Positions 13,926-26,100 of a stretch of 64,000 nt of DNA are shown one piece after another. The DNA is from Piromyces finnis finn. Its lineage: Eukaryota; Fungi; Neocallimastigomycota. The position numbers and the translations under genes were made by a program. Location: NCBI GenBank assembly GCA_002104945.1, contig MCFH01000006.1:248001-312000 (forward strand), read 5' to 3'. Each line of letters opens with the position of its first letter. The first letter of the stretch is position 1. The notes under the pieces were generated by a model that had not been told where the DNA came from, did no database searches, and saw nothing but the letters and a program-made list of their open reading frames with translations.

Positions 13926-14394
13926 TCTTACATACATTTAATAGCAAGTGTTGTTGAATTGTCGTTTTATCTTAATCATTGATAAGATTCTTTTTTTTTT
14001 TTTTTCAATATATGGAACAATTATGACACCAAAACCCTTAAAAAAAAAAAGTCATTTGAATGAATAATGTATTATAGTAAAATATAATTAAATAAATGAT
14101 GACAGTATTTTATTATTCTGTTTGAGAATAATAAAATTTATTTAAAGAATACATATTTCATCCGTAGGTCAATGTTTTTTTTTTAAAGGCATCAAGTATT
14201 TTTAAACTTTATTAATTTAATTAAAATTATTATACATGTTGTAGAAAAACAAAATTAAAAATAAAAAGTTAAAAAAAAAAAAAAATAGGTTTAAATAAAC
14301 ATAAATGAATAAAACATTGGGTATAATGTATTCAAGTCACTTTAATTAAAGTAAGAAAGTTACTATAATACTAAAATATAATAATTTTAATTGA

Positions 14395-14667
14395 CTTCCA
14401 ATGGGACACCAAGTCAAAGATCAAAATTTTGTTATGGGACAAAATTATGATCTCCATTGGTTGCGTTGGCCCTCCCAGCCTGTCTTATTGTTTCTTCAAC
14501 ATTGACGCTCTTGGAAGTTGCTTCAAACCTCTTGAACATTGACCATTGCTGACCAATAATAAAAGGCATGATTTTGATTAGAAGTTCCGCTATTGCCGTC
14601 AAGAATAGTATTCCTTCGTAAGTGCCCGATTGTATCTGACACTTACAAAGTAGGTCAATGTATAACA

Positions 14668-14668
<1 letters not shown>
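14395..14668 (-). ncRNA. Candidate structured non-coding RNA (~270 nt), family unidentified
   Basis: GC-enriched island with several helices read directly: CUUUGUAAGUGUC..GAU/AUC..GGGCACUUACGAAG hairpin (14614-14650); ACAUUGACC complementary to GGUCAAUGU; GCCU-UUUAUU with AAUAAG-AC-AGGC; terminal three-way junction (14398-14460). C-A mismatches on the plus strand become G-U pairs on the minus strand. The overlapping 93-aa ORF starts in a poly-A run and resembles nothing I recognise. Confidence 0.6.
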
Positions 14669-14698
<30 letters not shown>

Positions 14699-15596
14699 GA
14701 ATGATAAACACACTACAAACCCAATAGAATTAAAACAATAATTTTAATGCTTATAGATATAAAGAGAGTTGTATTTTAAATTACAATATTTTATAAAGAA
14801 ATATTTTTTTGTAAATGTTTATTTATTTATTTATTATAAGAAAAGTTTTTCTATTATATTAAGAATATATCTTTTTATATATATATATGATTATAGATGT
14901 AATATAAAATTAAAAAAAAAAAAAAATCATATATATTATTCTTATTCTTATAAAAAAAAACTATAAAAATTATTTCTATAAAAAAAAAAAAAGATTAAAA
15001 CGTATAAGGGAAAGAAAACATTAATTTATAAAGTTAATGATTAAAACGATAGAGGATGAATTTATTATTAAAAGAAATACTTTTTTAAAAAAAAAAAAAA
15101 AAGATTAAATATAAATTATTAAAACTAAAAATTATTTACTTAAAAAAAAAAAAAACATTAAATTAATACATATTTCTTTTATGACTTTTTTTTTTTTATA
15201 ATTTTTTTTTTTTTTTTACTAAATTCTAAAAAAAAAAAAATTTATACCATTTTGTTAAGTATATATATAAAATTAATGATGATAGTTAAAAAAAATAAAA
15301 TAAAATAATATATTTATATATATCCCTTGGCGTAAATTATATTTGAAAAATAGTTAATATTGAAAAAATTTAAAAAAATTTTTTTTCAATATTATTTTTT
15401 TTTCTTTTAAAAAAAAAAATTATTATTACAGATTATTTATAAAATAATATTATAATATTATATATATATATTTTTTTCAAGATATTCTATGATTTAGGAT
15501 TTATATAGTTGAGTTTTGGTTAGAGATTGGTGTCATAGGATTTTTTTTTTTTTTAAATTAAAAAAATTTTTTTTAACAAAATAAAAAAATTTTATT

Positions 15597-18369
15597 TTAC
15601 CATGGTCTTCTATGATTTGATTCATAGCTTTCATTAGATTCATTAGATTCACTAACAGGACCATTATTTATTTCATTTTTGTTCATATTTAATGAATCAT
15701 TAAATCCACCATTGGATTTATCTATAAATTTTTGAATGGGATAAGTTGATTCTGGTTTAGATCCAGTTTTACTTCTTGTTTCATAATTTACTGGTTTATG
15801 AAATAATTCTTTATCTTCTCTAGTATTTGATGGATCATTCATATCCTCAAATTGACTATTTGGTATAGTATTATTTTCAATATTATTATTTATATTATTA
15901 TTATTATTGGTATTGGTATTATTGGTATTATTGTTGTTGTTGTTGTTATTATCATTATTGCTGTTGTTATTATCAGCAATGTTATTATTATTAGTATTAT
16001 TGTTATTATGGTTGTTATTATGGTTATTAGGGCTGCCATTATAATAATCATTTTCATTATTAATATAATTATTATTATTGTTATTGTTGCTGTTATTGTT
16101 ATACATTCTATTATCATCAAGATAATTATTATTATTGTTATTATTATCATACATATCTCTTCTCATATAATTATCTTCGTTATTATAATTATAGTGAGGA
16201 GGCTGGTGAGGAGGGGGGTTATTACCATTATAATTATTATTATTCATAGAATTATAGTCTTGATAATCATTATTTGAATGATAGTTGTTGTTGTTATTGT
16301 GATTATTACCGCCGTTAAAATTACCGTTCATATTATCAACAGGAGTAAAATTTGAAGGAGGATTATCAAAAGAATTAAATTCACTTTTAATTGGTGGACC
16401 ACCACCAAATAAAGCAGATAATGAGGTTAAAGCTTCAGCAGCAGCCATAATTTCTTCATCTTGACCATTTTCTAATTTTATTTTTTTATGTGACTTTCCA
16501 TAGTTAAAGTTATTTCCGTAGGAAGAAGTAGAAGCGTTGTTTAAACTCTTTTCTTTTTTGTTGTAATGACCCTTTGGTCTACCCCTTTGTTTTTGTTCTG
16601 GTGGATTAGAAGGATTTTCATGTGGAGGAGATGGCTGTGGTGTTGGATAATTCTATGATATGTAATATTTAAATAAATAATTGTTCATTTAGTATATTAA
16701 GATATATAAATAAAAAAAATAATGTTTTTTTTTTTGAAAAAAAAAAGGTTTGATATATATAATTAAATTTTTATATACATTATATATAAACCATTATTAT
16801 TCATTACAATCAATCAATCAATCAATTAAAATATCAATTGAATTATTTTACCAAAATAAAATGATTATGAAAAAAAAAATTTTATTATTAGAAATAAAAA
16901 TATTTTTTAATTCGACAAAAATAATAAATTGATAGTTATCAATGGATTAAAAAATTTATAATGTTATAATAGTATATCTATAGATAACACTTTAAAAATA
17001 CTAGAATAAAACATTAACATTATCTTTACCTCATTGTCTTGCTCATTTCTTGGTGAATTTGGATTTTGTCCTTGTTGATTTTTCCAATTATTATTTGGAG
17101 TTTGATATTGGTATTCATTTTGTATAATATTTGGTTTTGATGGTGAACTTGTTGGTGAATTCTTTATTTGAGAAGGATTAGGTAAAATCTATTAAAATGA
17201 ATAAATGGAAGTAAATGATTAATACCTTTTTTTTTTTTTTTAATCAATTAATTACTAAAACCTAAAAGAATAAGTTTTCGACATTTTTTTATCATTATTT
17301 TTTTAAAAAAAAAAGGTTAAACCTACCTTTTGCATTGTTGGTGATCCTTTGGATGATTTATCAGAATCTGCCTCGGACCCATAATTAGAACTATTACCTA
17401 TACTAATATTTATATTTGTATTATTTGGTTTATAATTTATAAATGGAGGAGTAGAAGAACGATTTCTTGCACCCTTTTTATTTTTAGCTCTTCTATTTTG
17501 GAACCAAACCTATTATTTATTTATTTTTTTTTTTGATAAAGAGAAAGAAAAAATTATAAAAAAAAAAAAAGTGAATAAAAGGATTGACAATAAAAAAATA
17601 AAATTTATTTAATACTACTACATACTTGAACTTCACGAACACTCATGCCTAAAACACGAGCTAGTCTTGCTCTTTCATCATGAGAAGGCTTTTCAGTAAT
17701 TTGGAATACTCTCATCAATTCATTATATTGAGTTTTATTGATAATCTTTCTCTTTTGTTTATAGTTGATACCACGTTCTAATCCGTTGGCCCCATTCTTT
17801 TGTTGTGGGTTAGGAGTGACATTGACAAAAGAGAATTTTTTAGTTTGATTTGTGGTATTATTTCCATTATTCATTCTATTTTGGTTCATGCTACCATTAT
17901 TGTAATTCATATTACCATTATTATTATAATTCATAGTATTCATAGTATTCATAGTGTTCATTGTGTTCATAGTGTTCATAGTGTTCATATTGTTATTCAT
18001 ATTATTCATATTTCCATTATTCATATTATTATTCATGTTTCCGTTGTTCATGTTGTTATTCATATTTCCGTTATTGTTGTAGTTCATATTATTCATGTTA
18101 TTACCGTTGTTATAGTTCATGTTGTTATTGTTGTTGTTGTTGTTATTATAATTCATGTTATTCATGTTATTACCACCATTACCATTATAAGGAGAATTTA
18201 CGTTATCCATATTGTTATTATTCATATTATTAAATGAAGAAACAGGTGGTAATTGATTATATGAATTTTGTTGCATATAATTCATACGGTCATTTAATAA
18301 TGGAGAATCTGAAGAATTGTAGCTTGGTTCATAGCTACTTACCATTGTTGAGTTATTTTCACTATTCAT
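15597..18369 (-). CDS. Homeodomain transcription factor with AT-hook and Asn-rich low-complexity regions (~713 aa), 4 exons
   Basis: Exons 18369-17626, 17509-17327, 17188-17030 and 16652-15597, all phase 0 with GT-AG ends. Homeodomain KQKRKIINKTQYNELMRVFQITEKPSHDERARLARVLGMSVREVQ|VWFQNRRAK is split by an intron. Exon 4 contains QRGRPKG (AT-hook core) and joins the 283-aa track ORF in frame. Confidence 0.9.
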
Positions 18370-19028
18370 GGTGTAATTTTATTATATAATATCAAAGTAT
18401 ATTTAAATATATTTATTATACTCTACAATATTATAACAGTATGGTTTATTATTGTTTATGCTTTTTTTTTTAATAATTGTTTTTTTTAAAAAAAAAAAAA
18501 GTTTATATTATTCTATATTAATAAAAAATAATAAAAAATTAATACCAGTTCTAATTCAATAGTAATGAAAAAATATTTTGTTTTTCAATAAAATACTATA
18601 ATCACAAAATATATAAATCATATATTCCTACCTTGATAATAATATTTAATACAAACTAATATAGGCATTGTATAGAATAGAAAAAATATAAAAAAAAATT
18701 TTTTTTATTAGTAACCTACTGTATAATAAAGTAATATTCAATATAAAAAATAGTATATCTATTTCAAAATGCTTTATAATATTATATAGATTTATATTTA
18801 TATATATTTATATATATAAAAAAAAAAGTATTTCCTTGGTTGTTGTAAATGATGCTATAAACTATACAATATTCATATTCACATTGTATTTTTGCCCCTT
18901 AAATTCCTTATCATAAAAGATTTATTTAATTTCTTTTTTTTTTTTACAAATTACTAAACTAAATATAATCTATTCTTTATAGAAACATTCAATCAACTTT
19001 TTTTTTTTTCCTTTCAACTATTGCTTAA

Positions 19029-19072
<44 letters not shown>

Positions 19073-22000
19073 TATTTTTATTAATTTATTATTTATTTTA
19101 TATTTCTTTTTTTTTTTTCTATTTTATATTTATTTTTATTATTATTAATTTATCAATTTATATTTATTTTTTTTTTCAATATTTTAACACTATTTTAAAG
19201 ATGATAATGTGGTACTCTATCCTTTTAGTTGATTACTTTTTTTTTTTTCAAATAAATTGTCAATTATTGTTTATCAAATAAAAAAAAAAGTTTTTACACA
19301 TTTATATATAGTAACCTTTTTTATAAATAACAAACCAAAGTGTTTTCTTATTTTTTTGTTATAAAAAAATAATAAAAAAAAAGTATTATTTTCAAAGTCT
19401 ATTGAAAATGACTATTTCAAATAAAAAAAAAAGGTAACTTTCTCTTTTAAATAATAATAATATTATTATAATAAAAAAAAAAAAAAAAAAAAAAAAATTT
19501 TTTTTAGATTATAAATAAAAAAAAAAAGGATTAAATTCTTATTAAATAATTTTTTTTAATTATATTTTTTTAATATATTATAGGTTCATCATAAGCTAAT
19601 ATTTTCTTTTTTTAATTAAGGAATTTTTTTTTGAGAATTTAAATTTTTATTTTTATAAAAAAATTGATTAAATTATTTATTTTATTTCTATTTATTCACC
19701 TATTTATTTATTTATTTATTTACCTATTTTTTATTTACTCCTCCTAGTGAATAGCAATACCAAAATACGAAAAAGGTTGGTGGTGGTTGTCGATGTTTGT
19801 TTTCCTTCTTTGACAAAATAAATAATTTTTTTTTATTATGAATTATAATTTAATTTTATTAATTAAAATATTATAATTAAATTTTTAATTAATATTTAAT
19901 ATATTTAAAGTTATATTATCATGTATATTTTTCTAATTAAAATATATTTCATCATATATTATGATTTAAATTAATATCATCTATTGAGATTCACTTTTTT
20001 TTTTTTTTCAGATTATAATTAAATGATATATTAAGAATAGTAAAAATAATAATAAATAAAGTTTATAAAGTTAATTAATAATAAATAAAAAGATTATTTA
20101 GTTTTAATAAAATGATGACAAAAAAAAACAATCCTTATTTATATTACTATAAAAAATAAATATATTCTAATATATGAATAAAAAGTTTGTTAATTAATAA
20201 TTCATATATTAATTAATTTATCATCATATACCTTTTTTATCTTTATTTGTATTGACATATAATTTTAATGAAATAAAAAAAATTTAGAATCAAAATATTA
20301 ATGGATAAAGTTTAATTTTATTTAATATAAAAAATATAACTATTTTTATATATATAGTAATTAAAACATTCTATTTAAATTTATATATTATTTAATTATT
20401 TTTAATTAAATTAAATATATACTATTTATTTATTTTAATATATATCGAAATAATTTAAATTTTTTTTTAAAATGTGAGATGAAATGATTTAAAAATAAAA
20501 AAAAAAAAAAGAGAGCATTTGAGAAACGATAAAGAAATATGTAAAAAAAGTATGTAGAAGGCTACGTAGAAGACTACGTAGAAAAGAGTTGAAAGGAAAG
20601 TATGTAGAATAAGGAGAAAACCATATAAAATAAATAAAGGAATACAATGTTAGGATTATCGAGAAAAGAAAAAATGGAAATAGAGAATTTGAATGAATAA
20701 CGTAGAATTAAATGAATAAGAATGAATTTGAATTACTTAAAAAAAAAGATGTATTACATTAAGAAAAAAGTAAATTTAATTCATAGGATGTGAGTGACAA
20801 GATGATCTTTAAAAACTATTTGAGTTTTTTTTTTTTTAGTTTAATCCAAAAAAAAAATACATATAGAATTCAAAAAAAAAAAAAAAAGAATATATAAAGT
20901 TATTGTCTATGCGATGCTTTTTATTCCTCTATGCACTGTTTAACTTGTGTTCTTTTGGTACTCTTGCATTGATCTTCTTGATTTCATTTAAATTAGCCAC
21001 AATCAATTGTTTTTAAATAGAATAATTAACAAATTTAATATTTAATAATAATTTATTAGCCATAATTTAATAAAATTTTCTTTGATAATAATTAAAGTTT
21101 AATTTTAGATTAAATTTTATTTTAATTAAATAACTTTTAATTATATTTCATTAATTAAGATTTTAATTAGTATTTAATTTAATATTAAAAAAAAAAGATA
21201 ATTAAAAATTTAATTATTATTTATAAAAAAGTTTTTTTTTTTATTTTTAAATAAAGACACCTTGACAAGAATTAATATTTTATATTATGATTATTATGTT
21301 TAACAATTCATCACTCTTTAAAGAATTATTGTTTTTTTAGAGTGTAGGAGAAGAAAAATATTTATTTAATCTCATTCTTCATCATTATAAAATTTTTTTT
21401 CAAAATAAATAATTTATTCACTTTAAAGCTGTTTATTTTATTTTTAATTAAAAAAAAAAAAGATAAAAATATTTTATATACTTGATACGACAAATAGTTT
21501 AAAAATAATATTAAGCTTTTTTAAATTAAAAACGAGATAAATTGTTTTTTTTTTTAATCAATTTTTATAAAAAAAAAATAAAAGATCAATTCATAGGATG
21601 AACACTTTGATACTTTAAAATAATTTAATATAAAATAAAATAAATAACTTAAATCAACTTAAGTAAATTATATAAACTTTAAAAATTTTAAATCTATGTA
21701 TTTTATTTTTTAATATCTTTAGAATTAAATGTTTACAATATATTTTCAAATAGATTCAAAGTTTATTATATTTTTATAAATTCAATAGTAATAAATAAAT
21801 AAAAAATTAGATATATTTTTAGAAAATAAACAATATTTCATAATTTAAATTTGGTAAAATTAGTAAAATAAAAATAATTAAATTCTTTTTTATTTCTTTT
21901 ATAGTTTATTAATTTTTTAATATAAGAAAAGTATATTTATTTTTTAACCATTTTCTTTTTTTTTTTTTAATTTTTTTTTTGTTTATTCTATGCAAAAAAA

Positions 22001-22370
22001 AAAAATTAATTCTTTAAAAAAGTTTTTGATTTTGAGATGATGGTTGATCGATAATGGTTTTAATATCTTTTAAAATGAATTGTATTTCCAATAATTAGAA
22101 ATAATAAGAAGAAGAGGTGGAAGAATACTTTTTTTTTATAATAATTCAATTATAATTAGTAAATTTTAAATTATTTTTATACTAATACTTTTTTTATTTT
22201 ATTTTGTTTTATTTTGATAAAAATATATTAAATCGATAAATTTAAATTTTAATTTAATTAAATTTGATTTAAAATTTTAAACCATTTTTAATTTATTTTT
22301 ATTTTATATTAAATTTTATATTGGTTTAAATTAAATAATTAATTTCATATGGTTGAAGGTGCTTGGTGAT

Positions 22371-22620
22371 AGAAAGGGATTTGTGTAGGCGGTAGGTGAT
22401 AATAATAATAACTTTTTAATTTGTGTGAGTGGTTGGTGATAATAATAATAATAATAATAACTTTTTTTTTGCGTAATTGGGTTGGTGATAATAATAATAA
22501 TAACTTTTTTTGCGTAATTGGGTTGGTGATAATAATAACATTTTTAAATGTAATTTATGTAGTTGGGTTGGTGATAATAATAATAATATAACTTTTTAAA
22601 TGTAGATTACAAGGTGATAA
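22371..22620. repeat. Degenerate minisatellite, ~7 units of 30-55 bp
   Basis: Recurring GGTTGGTGAT(AAT)n-AACTTTTT...GCGTAATTG units starting near 22371, 22401, 22431, 22470, 22511, 22566 and 22612. Confidence 0.8.
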
Positions 22621-23466
22621 CAATTAAAAAGATAAAGAATAAAAGTATTAAAAATTTATTGATTCTACTAAAGTAAATGAAATAATATTATTTGTAGAGG
22701 TAAAAAAAAAAAAAAAAAGGTGTATTCATAAAAGAAACCTTTCAGTAATAATAATTTATAATTAATAATTAATTTAGTAAATAATTAAATCGTTGAGGAA
22801 AATAGTAGCATTCGAAAATAAATCCAAAAAATTCAACCATTACCAATATTTTATTTTAATTGCATATTAACCACCCATTAAAAAAAAAATATAAAAAATG
22901 TTTTTAATAAATTGCATATTAAAAAAATCTTCAATGATGAAATAAAATTAGTAATTTTAATTTATATTAAAATTTAAACATTTTTAGGAATAACACTAAT
23001 GTAATGTTTAATAATAAAAGTGGAAAATCGATAGTAATAATAGAATAAATAAAAGAATGGGATTATAAAATAATACTAATATTTCTTGTTATTGTTATTG
23101 TTAAATTCAATAATTCAATAGTCCGATCTTGACTTTTTTGTTGTTGTTATGATACATTCTGTAACATTTTATGGTTAAACTGTGTAACTTGGTTTAATTA
23201 TTATTTTCAACCACCACATTTGTAATCCAAGCCACATAAAATATGATTTGATAAAAATTTTCTCTGTATTATTGAAGATTTTATACAAAAAAAAATAAAA
23301 ATAAATAATACAATAGTAATATTATATTATTAAATAATAATAATATGATAATAAATAATAAGTGACTCTATTTTATAATGATGATATTAAAAGTAGCGAT
23401 TTATTTATTTATATATTTATTTTTATTTTTGAATCGTGATGTTCAACCGGCATAATGTTATGTTTT

Positions 23467-23529
23467 ATTCCATTGTATCCCTAAATTGGAAAATATTAAA
23501 TTAAAAATAATAGGGTAATACATTGGAAT
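23467..23529. repeat. Short imperfect inverted repeat (hairpin)
   Basis: ATTCCATTGTATCCCTA (23467-23483) pairs with TAGGGTAATACATTGGAAT (23511-23529), with a 2-nt insertion and one mismatch around an AT-rich loop. Confidence 0.55.
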
Positions 23530-25904
23530 ATATTAAAGCAATATATTATTTCATTGCTACTTTTTCAAAAAGAAACATTAAGGAATAAATAAAAAATAAA
23601 AAAGTAAATAATAGCAATGATTCAATGGAATTTCAGTATTATATATTTCTCTTTATTTACTTCTTTCTCTGTTATTTCTCTTTATCATTTTTATTGCTAT
23701 TCTCTATCATTATTTCTTTTCATTAATTTTTTTTATTTCTATTGTTTCAGTTCTTCCCATAGAATAGAAAATAATTTATTAAAAATTTTTTTTTAAATTT
23801 TAATTCTGAACACAAAAAATAGAAATTAAAAAATTAATAAAAAATTTTTAAATTAAAATTAAACTTTATTTATTAATAAAATTTAAAATTTACAAATTGT
23901 AATTAAAAATTTAAAAATTAAAAAAAATGCCTTTTTTTTTAATTATTTTAATTCCTATTAATAAATAGGAAAAATGATAAAAAAATATAGATATACTTAT
24001 TCTCTTTTACTCTCTATTTTATTTAAAAGATAAAAAAATGAAAATAAAAAAAGATAATCCAAAAATAATTCTATTTCAATTATAATTGTTTTTATAGGTC
24101 TTTTATAACTCTTTTTTAAAATTTTAAAATATGTTATTCTCACCATATAAATAAATTTTTATATATAGAAAATCCGTAGATAATCTAAAACAAAAAAATT
24201 ACTTTTTTAGTAAAAAGAAGGAAAATTTACCATAAAAAAATCACCCTCCACTTTATATTCAATTTTACTAGAAAAAACGGTATGATAAGAATTTATGGTC
24301 ATTACTATCGATCGTCATGTTAAAAAAAAAAAAAAGACTAATCATTCTACATAAAATGAAATATCATCTCTTTTTTTCTACAACATCATCCACCTTATCC
24401 TTATTCCTGAACTTTTATTATGCCAACATCCGATAAATAGGTATAAACATATAATCATTTACATTGTTATATATATAATCTAATAGACAAAATAATAATT
24501 AAAATTTTTAAAAAAAAAACTTCTATTTTAATGATCTTTTTGTTTTAGTGACACATAATTGTATCAAATTTAGTTCAATATTCTTTTTTAAATATTAGAA
24601 TATAATCGGATATATTGGTAGGATAATTTTTACACATATTATTTAATTACTAAATGACTTACTATAAATGGAAAATATTAAATATTATCTATTTAATATA
24701 TTTAATATGAAAAAAATACAAAAACTAATTAAAATCCAAAAACTTTAAAAAATATGTTTTATCCAATCATATTAAAATATTTAAATTCAACCAATCATAG
24801 ATCTATGCACGTGGAATAGATAAAATTAAACCTCTTATTATGGAAAGTGAAAAAAGTGTGACTTTTGGCAAAAGAAAAAAAAATGCATTTTTTTTTACTA
24901 TGAATTTACAAACGCATTGATATTAATGATTTATAGGGATTAGGAATGAATTTTCTCATCATCAAGTTTTATTATTATACTATTCATACTATCTTTTTTT
25001 TATAAAAAAAAAGTTTTTGATGTAACTTTTTTTAAAGGAAAACCTCTTTTTTAAAAAATCTTTATTAAATTTTTAATTTGATATTTATGGATATTTAATA
25101 AAGTATTTGGTTTTATTTCAAATTGTGTATATATTTGGAAATTATTTTAATTAAAAATTTAAAATCTCATTTAATTTATATTCTAACCTTTTGTTGGAAT
25201 AACTTAATTAAATAATATATTGACTGTATATTACAATATAATGGATATGTATTAATCATTATCTAATTTAAATAATATATTTAATTAAATAGGCCCTCGC
25301 GAGACCTACTCTAAATAAATAAATAAAAGATAAAAAATGGGAAATTTATGGTTGTTGTGGTTGATTTCTACTAACCTATTTTTATAAAAAAAAAAAAAGG
25401 CAATTTGAAGTATAAAAAAGAGTTTTTTTTTATTAGACATTCATGATTCTATATATATCTATATATCTATATTAAATATAGATTTTTTTTATTTTATTAT
25501 AAATAATGAATAATTATTATTAAATAAAACAAAAATTTTGTTTATTAAAAAAAAAAAAAAGAGGAACAACTATTGCATACGCATATACATTGCATATAAT
25601 TAAAAAAAAAAACTTTCTTTAAATAGAAATAAAAAAATACACGGAAAGATGATGACGAGAAAAAGTAACTTTCCTTTTTGGGTATATTCTTATTATTTAA
25701 ACAGAATAAAATGGGACCAGATGGAAAATTAAGCATTATTTTAATAATATATAATACGATAGGTAGTTTTACTTTATATATATATATATATATATAATTA
25801 TTGTATAGATTTATAATTAGTAATAATAAATTTAAAGTATGTAGGTTTTCAATATTCTATTTTTTTTAAAAAAAAAAAGTATATATCCCCTGATTATTAT
25901 TATT

Positions 25905-26027
25905 ATTAGTATTAGTATTAGTATTAGTATTAGTATTAGTATTAGTATTAGTATTAGTATTAGTATTAGTATTAGTATTAGTATTAGTATTAGTATTAGT
26001 ATTAGTATTAGTATTAGTATTAGTATT

Positions 26028-26100
<73 letters not shown>
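25905..26100. repeat. Compound microsatellite (ATTAGT)~21 followed by (ATT)n
   Basis: Directly visible tandem hexamer 25905-26030, then triplet run to ~26100. Confidence 0.95.

Noticed and set aside
14432-14713. 93-aa ORF over the structured island
   Set aside because: It begins in a poly-A-derived Lys run and resembles no known protein. The extensive base-pairing explains the GC enrichment better, although a short coding exon is not formally excluded.
15852-18237. Antisense or alternate-frame Ile/Val/His-rich ORFs over the homeobox gene
   Set aside because: Shadow ORFs of Asn-codon (AAT/AAC) runs.
20520-21010. Purine-rich fragments with TACGTAGAA repeats and short open frames
   Set aside because: Frames close within ~30 codons and show no recognisable domain. 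At most an unassignable decayed element.
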